64,000 nucleotides of DNA from Camelus dromedarius (Eukaryota). Position 1 is the first letter of the stretch. Each line of letters opens with the position of its first letter. The notes below the pieces were generated by a model, which was not told where the DNA came from, made no database searches, and worked only from the letters and a program-made list of their open reading frames with translations. Both the position numbers and the translations under genes were made by a program. This document shows positions 13,311 through 24,699 of this stretch, in pieces. Location: NCBI RefSeq assembly GCF_036321535.1, contig NC_087447.1, forward strand, positions 34,660,001-34,724,000, given 5' to 3'.

Positions 13311-14654
13311 GATCTGGATAAGAGAGAATGGAAGACTCTAATCATCACAGCAATTCCCACTTACTGATTATTTACCATGTTCCAGGACCATGGTAAGCAT
13401 CTTATAAGCTATGAATAAATGCCACTGAAAAAACAGCTCAGGGAGGTTACAGAACTCTTCCAGAGGTGAAGCTGAGGTCCACAAGACTCCAGTGAGATTT
13501 GAGCTTTGACCCATTATGCCCTAGAAGTTGGGCACAGACGCTGTGCCAGACGCTGGGGAGGGTGTCGTCTTCTGAGGACACTGCAGGAAATCACGGAATA
13601 GGATGACAGCAGGAAGACTCCAAGAAGAGTAGTCTGGCCAGGAGTGGAGGATAGTCTAAAGGAGAAATGGAAAAAGAGATCCAGCCGGGAGGCTACACAA
13701 CCAGTCAAGCAAGAGTTCCTAGACTTGAATCGAGAGCGGCAGCAGCGAAACCGGAAAGAAGACAGCTGCCAGATACACTGTGACACAGGACCAGCAGGGC
13801 TGATGATGGGATGAAAAGGCAGTGGACTTGAGGGCTGGGAGAGAAGGTCACACGATTCTGAGCTGCAACCACAGGTGATGGGGAAGTCGGGGATGCCCCT
13901 AATACCAATGAAGAGGAGAGGCAAATATGATAGTATCTTCCCCTTTGTAGGGCAGCCTTTAACAATCCAGAGCAGTTCGGCCAACCCTGGAAATTTTAAT
14001 TACACAAAGCCCAAATTCACCCTCTCCAAAGTCATTTGAAAAAACTGTCTCCAGGAGGCTTTCATGCTGAGAAGCTGACAGCTAGGAGAATATTCCAACT
14101 AACCCATCTTTGTTGCCACCCAGTCATCAAGTATCTTAAAAACCCCTGAACAATTCTTACTTTACAGTGTTCATCCTCTGTGGGAAAGCTCTGTCTGTGA
14201 AGGACAAACTTCTAAAGAGGAGTAAAGAAAAATCAATCAAAAAGTCATTCCCTTGACTGATCAGTAGTTATCTGTCAGGGAAATTTTACTTCTCCCATCT
14301 ATGCTAGTTAAGTGGGTTCTTACAGCCCCAAACAATACTTATCTCGCTGAATTTCTCTCCGTGGCAATTTGCAGCCCTGTGCCTCACTGGATTTTTCCTG
14401 ACTTCAGCACAGAATTTGAATTTGACAAGTGCTAGGAATACACGGGGAGCTACTGTCCATATGTGGCACCAAGGTAAGTCTCCAAAGGGAGAGTTCTGAA
14501 TGGCAGCCCTCCCTGCTGCAGGGTGAGTGGGCACGTTCACATGTGACATTAGCTGTCCCATTTTCCCAAAGCCAGCTGCTTCTCATCAGTGAGGTCTCCA
14601 CTCAAAGGGCACTCCCCGAGGTCATCCCTTACATCCAGCTACAACTCACCCTCT

Positions 14655-14785
14655 TGAGGGCAAGAAATAGTCTATATCCTGATCTGCGTGGTGGCTGCAC
14701 AGGTGTATAAGAGGTTAAAAAAAAAATCATCGAGCTGTAAATTTAAGAAGGACTTTACTGAATGTAAGTTACACCTCAATTAAAA
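14655..14785 (+). mobile_element. Old L1 (L1MD/ME) 3' end fragment
   Basis: TCTATATCCTGATCTGCGTGGTGGCTGCACAGGTGTATA...ATGTAAGTTACACCTCAATTAAAA. Confidence 0.6.
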
Positions 14786-14924
14786 GGAAATTAAAAATTA
14801 TTATAAGTATGAAATGCGCCCCTCCTGAGCCCATGACACTATCCAGCCCTATTCATTTTCTTTAGCACATAGGCCATTGTCTGCAAAAAGATGACGTTAA
14901 CTATTTGCATATTTACTGTTGAGA

Positions 14925-15102
14925 GAGGCACTGTCCAACACTGTAGCCAACTAGTCATGAGTCTATTTAAGTTTAAATTTATTTAAACTACATGGCCCCA
15001 TTTCAAGTGCTCCATGGCCAGATATAACTAGTGGCTACTGACATTTACGTGCACAAATGGAAATACTTGCATCCTTGAAGAAAGTTGTACTGGACAGTGC
15101 TG
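14925..15102. mobile_element. MER3/MER33-type hAT MITE
   Basis: Inverted termini GCACTGTCCAA ... TGGACAGTGCTG around an internal TAGCCA/TAGTGGCTA palindromic body. Confidence 0.75.
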
Positions 15103-15442
15103 GTCTAGAATATAAGCTTCAGGAAGAAAGAGATTTTGTCTGTCTAGTTGATACCTAGCTCCAAGAATAGCACTTGGCTCATGGAAGGCAGGTCATAAAT
15201 ACTTGTTGAATAGGTGAACAAAGGAATTTTATAATAACAAAAAAAGATCACAGAGCAAAAGCCAAAACTTGGAAACATCCTAACTGTACCTCTATAACGG
15301 ATTCATTAATTTTTGGCACTTTCTGTAGCAGAACTCTCTCTAGTCATTAAAAGGTATGAGGTAGGTGTATATGTAATGACAGACGGATATCCACACTATA
15401 TTAAGTGAAAAAACAAGGTTCTTAAAAACACATACAGTGTGG

Positions 15443-15646
15443 AAAACAGTATGGAGGTTCCTTAAAAAACTAAAAATAGAGTTACCATATGATTCAGCAA
15501 TCCCACTCCTGGGCATATATTGGGAGAAAACTCCAATTCAAAAAGATACATGCACCCCAATGTTCACAGCAGCACTATTTACAATCCCCAAGACATGGAA
15601 GCAACCTACATGTCCATCAACAGATGAATGCACAAAGAAGATGCAG

Positions 15647-15698
<52 letters not shown>

Positions 15699-16110
15699 GG
15701 ACTATTACTTGGTCATAAAAGAATGAAATAATGCCAATTGCAGCAACATGGATGGACCTAGAGATCATCATACTAAGTGAAGTAAGCCAGACAAATATCA
15801 TATCACTTTTATGTGGAATCTAAAAAATGACACAAATGAACTTATTCACAATACAGAAACAGACTCACAGACATAGAAAAAACTTACAGTTACCAAAGGG
15901 GAGTGGGGAAGAGATAAATTAGCAACCTGGGATTAAAAGATACACACTACTATATATAAAATAGATAAATAACAAGGACCTGCTGTATAGCACAGGGAAC
16001 TATATTCAATATTTTATAATAACTTATAATTGAAAAGAATATATACATATAACTGAATCACCTTGCTGTACACCTGAAACAGTGTAAATCAAGTATACGT
16101 CAATTAAAAA
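15443..16110 (+). mobile_element. 5'-truncated lineage-specific L1 (ORF2 C-terminus plus 3'UTR) nested in an older L1ME
   Basis: The ORF at 15437 translates to [27 protein letters not shown]...TCTPMFTAALFTI, the L1 ORF2 C-terminus. It has an A-tail and a degenerate TSD at 15424-15442 / 16107-16125. Confidence 0.92.
15651..15696. repeat. (CA)23 microsatellite inside the L1
   Basis: Direct reading. Confidence 0.95.
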
Positions 16111-16824
16111 ATATGTACAGTGTGGTTTCATTTTATTAAGAAACACAAACCAAGAATAGTCAGGAATGCTGTATACCAAACTGTCAATAGCAGTTACTGC
16201 TGGATAGAATTAAAGAGAAGAGGAATTTATACTCAAAAGCTTCTGTTCTGTTTGAATGTGTTTACTTGAGTATTTTTTTTAAAGATTTAAAACAAAAATC
16301 ACACGCAACCTTGTCATAACAAAAGGAAAATAAGAAATCCCACGTTGCAAACTGTCCCAGGAATATATAAAACATTTCTTAAGTAATTACCAAGTGCCAA
16401 ATTCCTTACCAGCTTTACTTCAATTAATCTTAACAAGATCCCTGTAATTAAATACTATTGTCCTCTGTTGAAAATGTAGAATCTAATAATCCGAGGATTT
16501 AAGTAGCTTTCCTGGGGTCACACAGCTAACACAGAGAGCAACTGGCATTTGAACTCAGCTCTCTGGTCCCACAGTTCATAGCATTCTTCACCACAGAAAG
16601 CACTGGCAAGTACCCGCAAAGAGCCAGTTCCCAGAGGAGCCCTCAACACGCCAGTCCATCTGTATGAAAACCAAGAAAAGGGCCAAGTTACTACGCGGTG
16701 CATGAAACCTACCAAACCTTAGCCTAAATGGCTTTTGCTGCTCGGGACGGTAGGAAATATGAAGCCGGCCACTCTCCCTTTGCCTTGTCTCTCAGCCCCC
16801 CAACAACTGCCCTTCCCTGAATTA

Positions 16825-16848
16825 CACACACACACACACACACACACA
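16825..16848. repeat. (CA)12 microsatellite
   Basis: Direct reading. Confidence 0.95.
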
Positions 16849-19800
16849 GCAATACAAAACAAGAATCTGACGCCAGTGAACGCATGGTAACTTAAGCGTG
16901 CTGGTGGAGACTTCCCAGCTCCCCAGCAGATGCCTCGATTGTGCCTTTGTTAGATTTTCAGCCAATCCCCCCTTAAGAGGAGTTTTCAGCTCACCCGAGA
17001 TATCAGAGCCAAAACACTGCAGAGTCGCCTTTCAGCTCCGTGGACAAGACATTCCAGGCTGCGTGCCGGGAGAGGCTTGTTTAGCTCCACACTTGACACA
17101 AATGGGGTGTGTGTTTACCCACAAACACACACAGGCGCACACCAACAAAGGCTGCTGCTGCCAACAGAAGCTGCTGCAGTGGGGTATTTCTAGAAGCCCC
17201 TGAACTGTACTTGAGCAATATGGAACTGTATCACAGTGCCTATCAGAAAAAGCAATCTAATTCCTCCTAAGCGAAGTTTCCACCACTGCCCGGAAAATTC
17301 AGTAGGAAATGAAATGTAATACTCTATTAAGCCTTATTTTGCCAGCACAAGTGAGAGCTCACTCAAGCACAGAGAGTCATTAAAATGGATCTTACATATA
17401 TCATTATAAATTTAATAATCGCCATGACGGCTAGAGTTCAACTTAAAATGAATGTCAGCTGAGCATGACCAATTGATGTTACCCCAGCTGCCGCAGAGCC
17501 TCACTTGGGGTTATATTCTCCTTCCAGAGGCTCCACAGTACATGGGGACCCAACACAGCCAGAGCCAAGAACAGATGGGAGATGCAGACATCCACACCTA
17601 GCCAAGGAGAGGCAGTCATAATTGCATATTATCTCGGTGTACCAGCCCAATTAAAATTTTCTACAGTGTCAGAGGTCCCAAATGTTCCTCCACTAAGTGT
17701 CTGGATACCAAACTTGGCTCACACTTAGTAAAATGCAGTCAATCCCAGGATCTATTCACAACAATTATCGGTTTTCCTCATCTTTCTCAGAAAGCTCCAG
17801 CAGAAATAGGAGCAGACGGGTCTAGTAGGTTAGACACTGAATAAATCAAACATCACAACAAATTTCACTTATCTAGACGCCTAAGACAGTGGGCGTTCTT
17901 GCTGCATTATAGTGAGTGCAGTTTTAGGAGTGGAAACTTTTTTTAGAAAAGGAGTCAAGAGCTGTGTTTTTAAAATGTTGTTTGTTTCCATTTATTTTTA
18001 TTTTTTGAAACTCAGAGCAAAACTCTATACAAGATCCTTTTCACACATACACAGACACAGCCATGGAAAATTACACGGAGGAGTTGTAAGGCTAGTTTTT
18101 ACCTCCAGGGGTATTTGAGCCTCAGAGGAGAGAGAATACTCCACTCCATGTGGACAGAATACCAGAAGTTTTTTGACCATCCACAACATTTCAAAGGAAG
18201 TATCAGAAATTATTTTCAGATTAACACAGACTCTGGCTTTGCTTGAGCGGCACTTAACCCCTGCCACCCCCTGGCCCCAGCAATTCCCCTGGGGGCGAGC
18301 AAACACAGCTTCAACTTTTCTGGACAACCAGCCACTCCACGCTACTCTTGAATGTGTCTGGCTTTTGAAGACAAGTTGAACTTTAACTGGTAGACACAGG
18401 TCCTGGATGACTGCGGCTTTCAGACCGATGACAGCAAATGACCTACACTCAACGGGCCTTTTTAAATGGCTGTGACATCCTCACAGATGGGGCCAAAGAG
18501 CAGAGGAGAATATGTTTTTGATCCATAAACACAAGAGCCAGCAAACCACAAGGAGAATAACTCAAACGAAAGCCTTGCTGTCAAGAGTACCATTTCCAAA
18601 GGGTGCTAATAGAATGTGAATCCCAAAGAGGGTTCAGTACAAATAAGCTCGTATTTGACTTAGAGAACACCAACACTTTGTCACCTCCCTGAGCTAATAA
18701 GGCTTACAAATCTTTGCCTTTTGACTTCCAGCATTGACTTTTCCCCCTTCTTTCTCTCTCCCCTTGCCCACCAGCAAGTCAAGCCTTCAAGTCCAGCACT
18801 AAGACCTGGCAAATCAGGAGCCACCACGCCGCCTCCTTAACCAGAGAAAGACAAACGAGCATCTTCAGTGACAACCACCGCATGCTGACGACCACCTGGG
18901 TGCACTGACGCATCCTTAGCAATTCCGGCACCATCAGCCAAACAACAAAGTTCTCACTTACCCTCTTTTGATCTTCCAGTCCATGGGTAACCAGTTTTCT
19001 CTTCTGCTGTTGGCTGAACTCAGAAACCGATTCCATTTCCCAGGAACAAAATCCCCTCTCTCCTTCAGCGATGCGTCCAAATCCACAGAGGAATAAAATA
19101 ACCCAGGCAAAAGTGATGCATACACGTGGCCAGACACGGTTCCTGCCAGCTGAGGAAATCCACGCTACCTTTTCAAAGGTCTTCCTGACTTCCTAAAATC
19201 CACTCGGGAACCCCCCTCGCCATCACTGCCTTAGCAATGAGAGCGGCTGCTGCCGGCATCATGAGAGCTGGGACTTGGGGTTTTACTTCAGTTCCAAGAC
19301 TGGCTTCCTGAGAGCCCAGAGGACAGATTTGGGCAGAGATGAGTCCATATCCTGGGGCATGTGCCACATCACTGCCCCAGAAATCCTTTCCCTCACTGTC
19401 TCCTTGGCACCGATAATTTATACGTCAATAACAATGTAAATGGGCATTTAATCCACCGAGTTGATAGCATCCACATCCCTCTCCGGCAGCCCCTGACTCC
19501 CATAAATCACCACGAAGCTGCTCACGAAGCCGCCCCTCACAGTTCCTGCGAGCATTCATCGCCACGGCTGCTGCCCTCCTGGGCTGTCATCTTCCTCCAC
19601 GGAGTAAGACCCATACCTGAGGAGAAAATGTTCAACAGTCAGATTTGCCTTGAGTGGAAAAGGACAGGTTTGGGCTTCCTTGCCCACCATCTGGAGCCCA
19701 CACCTAGCAGCAGCCAGCGATCTTCCTCCCAGCCTCTCTGTCCTCCGAGCACATCCATGGACAAGCACCTGGGGGGGCCACATGGGCTCCCCACTCCTGC

Positions 19801-20147
19801 TGGGAAGAGACACACAGAGGACACTGTTCTTGAAATGTGCACGACGGAGACAGAAATGAGTTCTCTCTCGAATCTATGTGGGGTGCATCACCATCATCAT
19901 AGGAATAAGGCACCCAGGTAAGATAAGACAGGGAAGCAATGGTCTGTGAAGCAAACAGGCATCAACACCCCACCCCCAATTACAGCTGCAGAGGTAGCGT
20001 GTGGCAGGCGAGACAGCAGGGTCCACTGGGGAAGTGAAAGAGCAGCCTAGATCATCTGAGGGCTGAAAGGCGACTGTGCAGCAGAGCCAAGCCGCACTGC
20101 CTGCCTCAGAACCTGCAGGCAGAGAAGGCACCCAGTCACCTCCGGGC

Positions 20148-20155
20148 TGACGTCA
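20148..20155. promoter_or_regulatory. Full palindromic CRE (TGACGTCA)
   Basis: Exact motif with its CpG intact, in a relatively CpG-retaining intronic block. Function is unproven. Confidence 0.3.
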
Positions 20156-21029
20156 CAGAAGCTTGGAAGGACAGGGAGGGAGGAGAGAGGAGGGACCTCT
20201 GCACCAAAGAGAACATTTTGCACGGGATGCACCCTTCCGAGGGGTGGGAACATACTAGAGAATCCCCATGAAGATGCACCAATAAATAATTATGAATGCC
20301 TTTCCCTATAGCACCAGCACTGCTGGGAAAGAAAGAAAAAAAGGGGGGGAAGCTCTTTATTAAAAGGCACTAGTCTCTTGCCAGCGTTTCTAATCAACGC
20401 ACTAGCCATTCTACAATTCTGGCTGTGCCAGCCTCCGGGAGAGCTGTGGCCAGATCCGGCCGCAGCGGGCATCAAACAGAAGCCCTCAGACCCTCCCTTG
20501 CAGCTGTCCTGACCGGTGGCTACTTTGGAATGAGGCCGAAGCCATTCCCTATCACAAAAGGCTTCCGCACGGCTCAATGCCAAAGCAGGTTAAAAGGCGG
20601 ACAAGAGACTTAGCCACGAAGGGCTGCAGAGGAGGAGGAGAATATTTGAAAGGTTGGAGGCTTGTCCTACATCACATGAAACACTCGGCCAGAGAGGATT
20701 TCTCCAAGTGAATTCCCAAGTCACAGATGTGCTGACTTTGGCAAGAGTCACGAGAGCAGTGTCCAGAAGACAGGCATCTTGTATATCCATAGGTGGTGGA
20801 CTTAAGAGGCAGCATCCGTGAAGCCCTCTGCTGGCCCAGGAAAGAGCTGAACTTCCAGAGAAAGCTCTCTAGTTACCCACCGCCACCATCTCCATAGCCA
20901 CTTCAAGGGATCCCTGGCAAAGGTGAAACCTCTCAGATCCATGCTTCTTAGCTCCAGATAAAAAACAAACAAACTCTGGCAAACTAGCTCCAAGGATTAC
21001 CTCTTTTCTGAATTTAAACTGAGACCTCA

Positions 21030-21170
21030 AACTAGAGGACTCTGACAGATTCAGGTTTGAATCTCACCTCTGCAACTTAACTCACTGTGTGACCTTGAGC
21101 AAGGAACTTAACCTCTCTGAGCCTCGGTGTTCTCATCTATAAAATGGGGATAATGAGCACATAGGCGTGG
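21030..21170 (+). mobile_element. MIR SINE
   Basis: TGTGTGACCTTGAGCAAGGAACTTAACCTCTCTGAGCCTCGGTGTTCTCATCTATAAAATGGGGATAAT. Confidence 0.85.
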
Positions 21171-21209
21171 AAAGGTCAAGATCACCTGCTGACACGGAGT
21201 AAGTGATCA

Positions 21210-21480
21210 AAAGTTAACAACTGCTAACATGTATTGAATGTGTACTATATGCCAGGTGCTGATTACTGCTTTACCTATTCATTCAATCAACAAATTTCTG
21301 TCAAGGACTTGCTAAGTGTCAGTTATCTCGCTCCAATTAGGAATTGTTAGCCTCGTGTTAGAGATGAGACAACTGATGATGAGGAAGGTCAAGTAACTTG
21401 CCTAAAGTCACACAGCTTAGAAGTTATGGGGCTAGATTTGAATCCACGTTTGAATTGAAAGTCTTTGCTCATATTCATGC
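21210..21480 (-). mobile_element. MIR SINE (with an L2-like piece)
   Basis: AGATGAGACAACTGA...AAGTAACTTGCCTAAAGTCACACAGC. Confidence 0.7.
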
Positions 21481-23499
21481 CTCTCTGGCAGGATCACTGT
21501 TATCTGGCTTTTCACAAGCAGCCTGTGTCCAGAGTCCACACTTCATTTAGCTCCTGGCTCTCCTCATGAATAAAAATCAAAGAAAAAAAGCCAGTGCCAA
21601 AAGGGTCTCCCACTTGGAAGGGCCTTCTCCAGAGGGGCCGCTTCGTTCTCAGCTCCGAGATGTCTCATTTCTGAGAACAGCTCTGCCCTCTGCACCAGGC
21701 CCTAGCTCTCTCCTGGGTGAGACCCTGTCACATCCCATCATGCCAGCCGGTGCACACGCCCCAAGTGCACATGGGGACAGACGTTCTCGCCACAGAAATA
21801 CCTCCCTATCAGTGGGGAGTGGCAGGATGCTCAGCACCTCCTGCAAGCCCTTTGTTTTCCCCGGGAGTCAGTCTCCACCAGTTCTGGGGCTGTCACTGTC
21901 CTTATGCTAGAGCCAGGGCAGGGAGGGGGTACCCAAGAAAGGGGAGAAGCAAGGATGCCGCTCTCGGTTTCCTGACTGGGAAGAGTGGACTTCATGAGAG
22001 CAAATCCTGATGTAAAGGCTCTGATTGCTCCCTGTCCTAAGAAATCTCAGGAAGTTTAAAACATATTTGAATTTTTTTAAAAAAAGCTGAAAGGAAGGAC
22101 TAACAATATTTTCTAGGTTGTTGAGAAGTCAGTATGTTTGCTGGATGGACCCCTAAATGTACCAACCTATCAGCAGCTACTCTCTGTGCCTTAAGTCAGC
22201 CAGGAGCAGTGAAGGGAAATGGGAGGAAAAAGACTGGACTAGACTGGACCATAAGAGGGGTGGAGGAGCATTGTAGGCAAGCCCCAGCTCCTCCTTAAAG
22301 TCCAGAAGACAAGTTCATCCACACTGAAGACATCCTGAATATACCACTCCAGCTTCCTCCTGCTTAGTCAAACAGTCTTCAAAAGCCTTTAACTCCCCAA
22401 CCCACATATGCCCAAATCCTTCCTGCCTCCTGGGCAATTCCCAGGAAAAACAATTTTAAAGATTGGTTTGGAGGCACAGCCCAGGACATGGGGAGCCAGG
22501 CAAAGGTCTAGCCTCAGATGTATAGACAACCTTTGGAGAGATCCCTTCCTGTGATAAAACTCCATTCCCTGGTAAATGTCAATTTGGGATTCCAAGTGGC
22601 AGATAAGCCACAGGCCACCCCTTTCCAGGTATAATCCTTCTGCCTGGGTGTTGGAATTGTGAACCCATTGTATCCATTTTGGTGAAACATCTTTCTTAAA
22701 TTCTCCAAAATTCTTAAAACTGGGCAACGCCCCTGTGACCTTCTGCTTACTCCTCTTGTTTTTTCCAGCTGTTCCTGCCGGGAGGTGGCTCCAAGACTGG
22801 GAAAACGGATTTTAAACCTGGATTAAAGATTAGGCCGGGTGCGAAAGGGCAACCTGACCTGTTTCATTTTATAACTGGAGTTAAGCTTTTGAAACAAGGG
22901 TGCACATCCGTCTTTGGAATGGTCTAATTAACACTCACCACCAACACAGCATTTTTAATTAGTCTTCGGTGCCAATAGGGGAAATGAGGAGCTTCTTGGA
23001 AATCAAGCCTTTCGTTAATCAATCAATAAATAAGTTACATAAGATGTAAGAAAGAGGCATGGTGGTTTCCAGGCTGGGTTTTTTATTTGGGGGCTTTTTT
23101 TGCTCCCAAAGGGAGCCCGCCGAGCCGGCCACTTCTGCTAAGCCGCCGGGGAGGGCTGACCCAGCAGCCAACCCCGGCGCCTTTATTTGCGCGCGGCGAG
23201 GGAGCAGAGCGTGCTCCCGCCTCTTCCCCGAAGAAAGAATCACACACAAAAATAAGTCACTAGGGCCCCAGCTGGGCGGCGCGGGCTGCTGCTGCTGCCG
23301 CCGCCTCTGGGATCCCTTTGCCGGCAAGAAAGGAGCCGGCTCAGCGGAGCGCACACCCGGGAGGCGCCGTGGCTCTCGGCGCTTGGGCGCCCCCTCCTCG
23401 CCCCGCCGCCCTCGCCCCGCCGCCCGCAGCTACTTAGAGCGTGGGAGAGAGCGCCAGGGAAACCGGAGGCCCGGCCTAGCTGCCCCGAGGTCTGATCCA

Positions 23500-24060
23500 C
23501 CCACCCACACACAAACACACACAGATACGGAGAGACGCAGACACAGACTGACACACGCATAGTAGACATTCGCAGAGGTCCATACACACACGCAGACTTA
23601 CACACACACACATCTCTACAGAAGCTCAGATCACACAAGAGGATTCACACCCACCCAGAGAGGAACACGCACAGACAGGTACCAGACCTACATTCAGAGA
23701 CAGAGGTGTCTATTAAACAGAAGCACAGACAGAAAACACACACATACTCACAAACAGACAAGCACACAGAGAAAAGAGGCACACACAAAAACCGAAAATA
23801 CATGGAGACGCTGACAGAAGGATCCACAAACAGCGATACTCACACACAAGCACCCGGAGAGGGCGTTCCAGACACCCACGCCAACAGCAAACACAGAGGA
23901 GCCCAGACGTTAGGATACACCCAGAGATCCAATCACGTAGCAGGGGAATCACGCATAGAGACACACAAACAGAAGATATTAGAAACACAAGAACACGCAC
24001 AACAAGATACACCTAGCCTCAGACACGAACACCCAGAGGGACACACACCCACTCTGCATG
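23500..24060. repeat. Degenerate CA/CAGA-rich low-complexity tract between the CpG lobes
   Basis: Repeated ACAC/ACAGAC/CACAGA motifs over ~550 bp. Confidence 0.8.
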
Positions 24061-24514
24061 GGGGCATGGGCAGCGTAGCGAGGGGCCTGGGAAAGTGCGC
24101 CCCGGACCTGGCAGAACCGCCTCGGAGTACTGCGCCGCGCGCCCCAGCCGGCATCTGCCTGAGAAGACTTTCCCAGCGCATCTCTGAACAAGGGCCCGTC
24201 GGCCGTCGGCGTGCGTCGGTCGCTGTGCGTCCGCCCGCCGGGTCTATATGCTGCGGCCACCCGTCCAAGGTGGCCCCCGCCGTCAGGCAGAGTCCCTGAG
24301 AGGAGGTGTGGCCCCCGTTCTGGTCCGTGAGGGGCCACCCCTCTCCCCGCTGGCAGTCCCCGCCCTGCCCAGCCCCGGGAGCCCAGCACAGCGCATCCCC
24401 AAGTCCTCTTCTCCCTGCTCGTCCCGTTGCGCGGCAAACTTTCCCCTGGTCGGTCCAGGCGCTAAGCAGCCCGGCCCGGCCCGGCACAGGGGGCGCAGTG
24501 CGGGGAGCTCCTAC

Positions 24515-24660
24515 CTGCGCCCACGCGGCTTCGCGGAGCCGCCGCCTCCAGCCGGTCTCTCACAGCGCTCCGGCCCGCGCTCCTCAGCCGCGGCCGCGGC
24601 GGCTGCAACCGCTCCTTGCCCTCGCGTTACCCGGGAAACCGCCTCCTCCTCTCTCCTGCC
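24515..24660 (-). other. Probable non-coding first exon (5'UTR) of an unidentified gene transcribed leftwards; the TSS position is approximate
   Basis: Minus-strand donor GCGCAG|GTAGGA (GT at 24514-24513) lies inside the CpG island, downstream of the CCAAT box. There is no minus-strand ATG within 24515-24660. Confidence 0.6.
24626..24639. promoter_or_regulatory. RFX X-box
   Basis: GTTACCCGGGAAAC fits the palindromic GTTNCCNNGGNAAC X-box and lies in the promoter CpG island. Confidence 0.6.
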
Positions 24661-24694
24661 AACCAACCAGCACCGTTCACATGGCGCCTCACAA

Positions 24695-24699
24695 CCAAT
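24695..24699. promoter_or_regulatory. CCAAT box (NF-Y)
   Basis: CAACCAATGGG lies just upstream of the inferred minus-strand TSS. Confidence 0.5.

Noticed and set aside
15437..15718. 93-aa ORF with a real protein match
   Set aside because: It is the L1 ORF2 C-terminus of a truncated retrotransposon copy, not a host gene.
19361..19921. 186-aa plus-strand ORF
   Set aside because: It starts with GTG, is antisense to the inferred gene and has no recognisable homology. It overlaps a motif block better explained as regulatory.
24484..24500. CTCF-like CAGGGGGCGCAG
   Set aside because: Only the 3' half of the consensus matches, and such matches are common in CpG islands.
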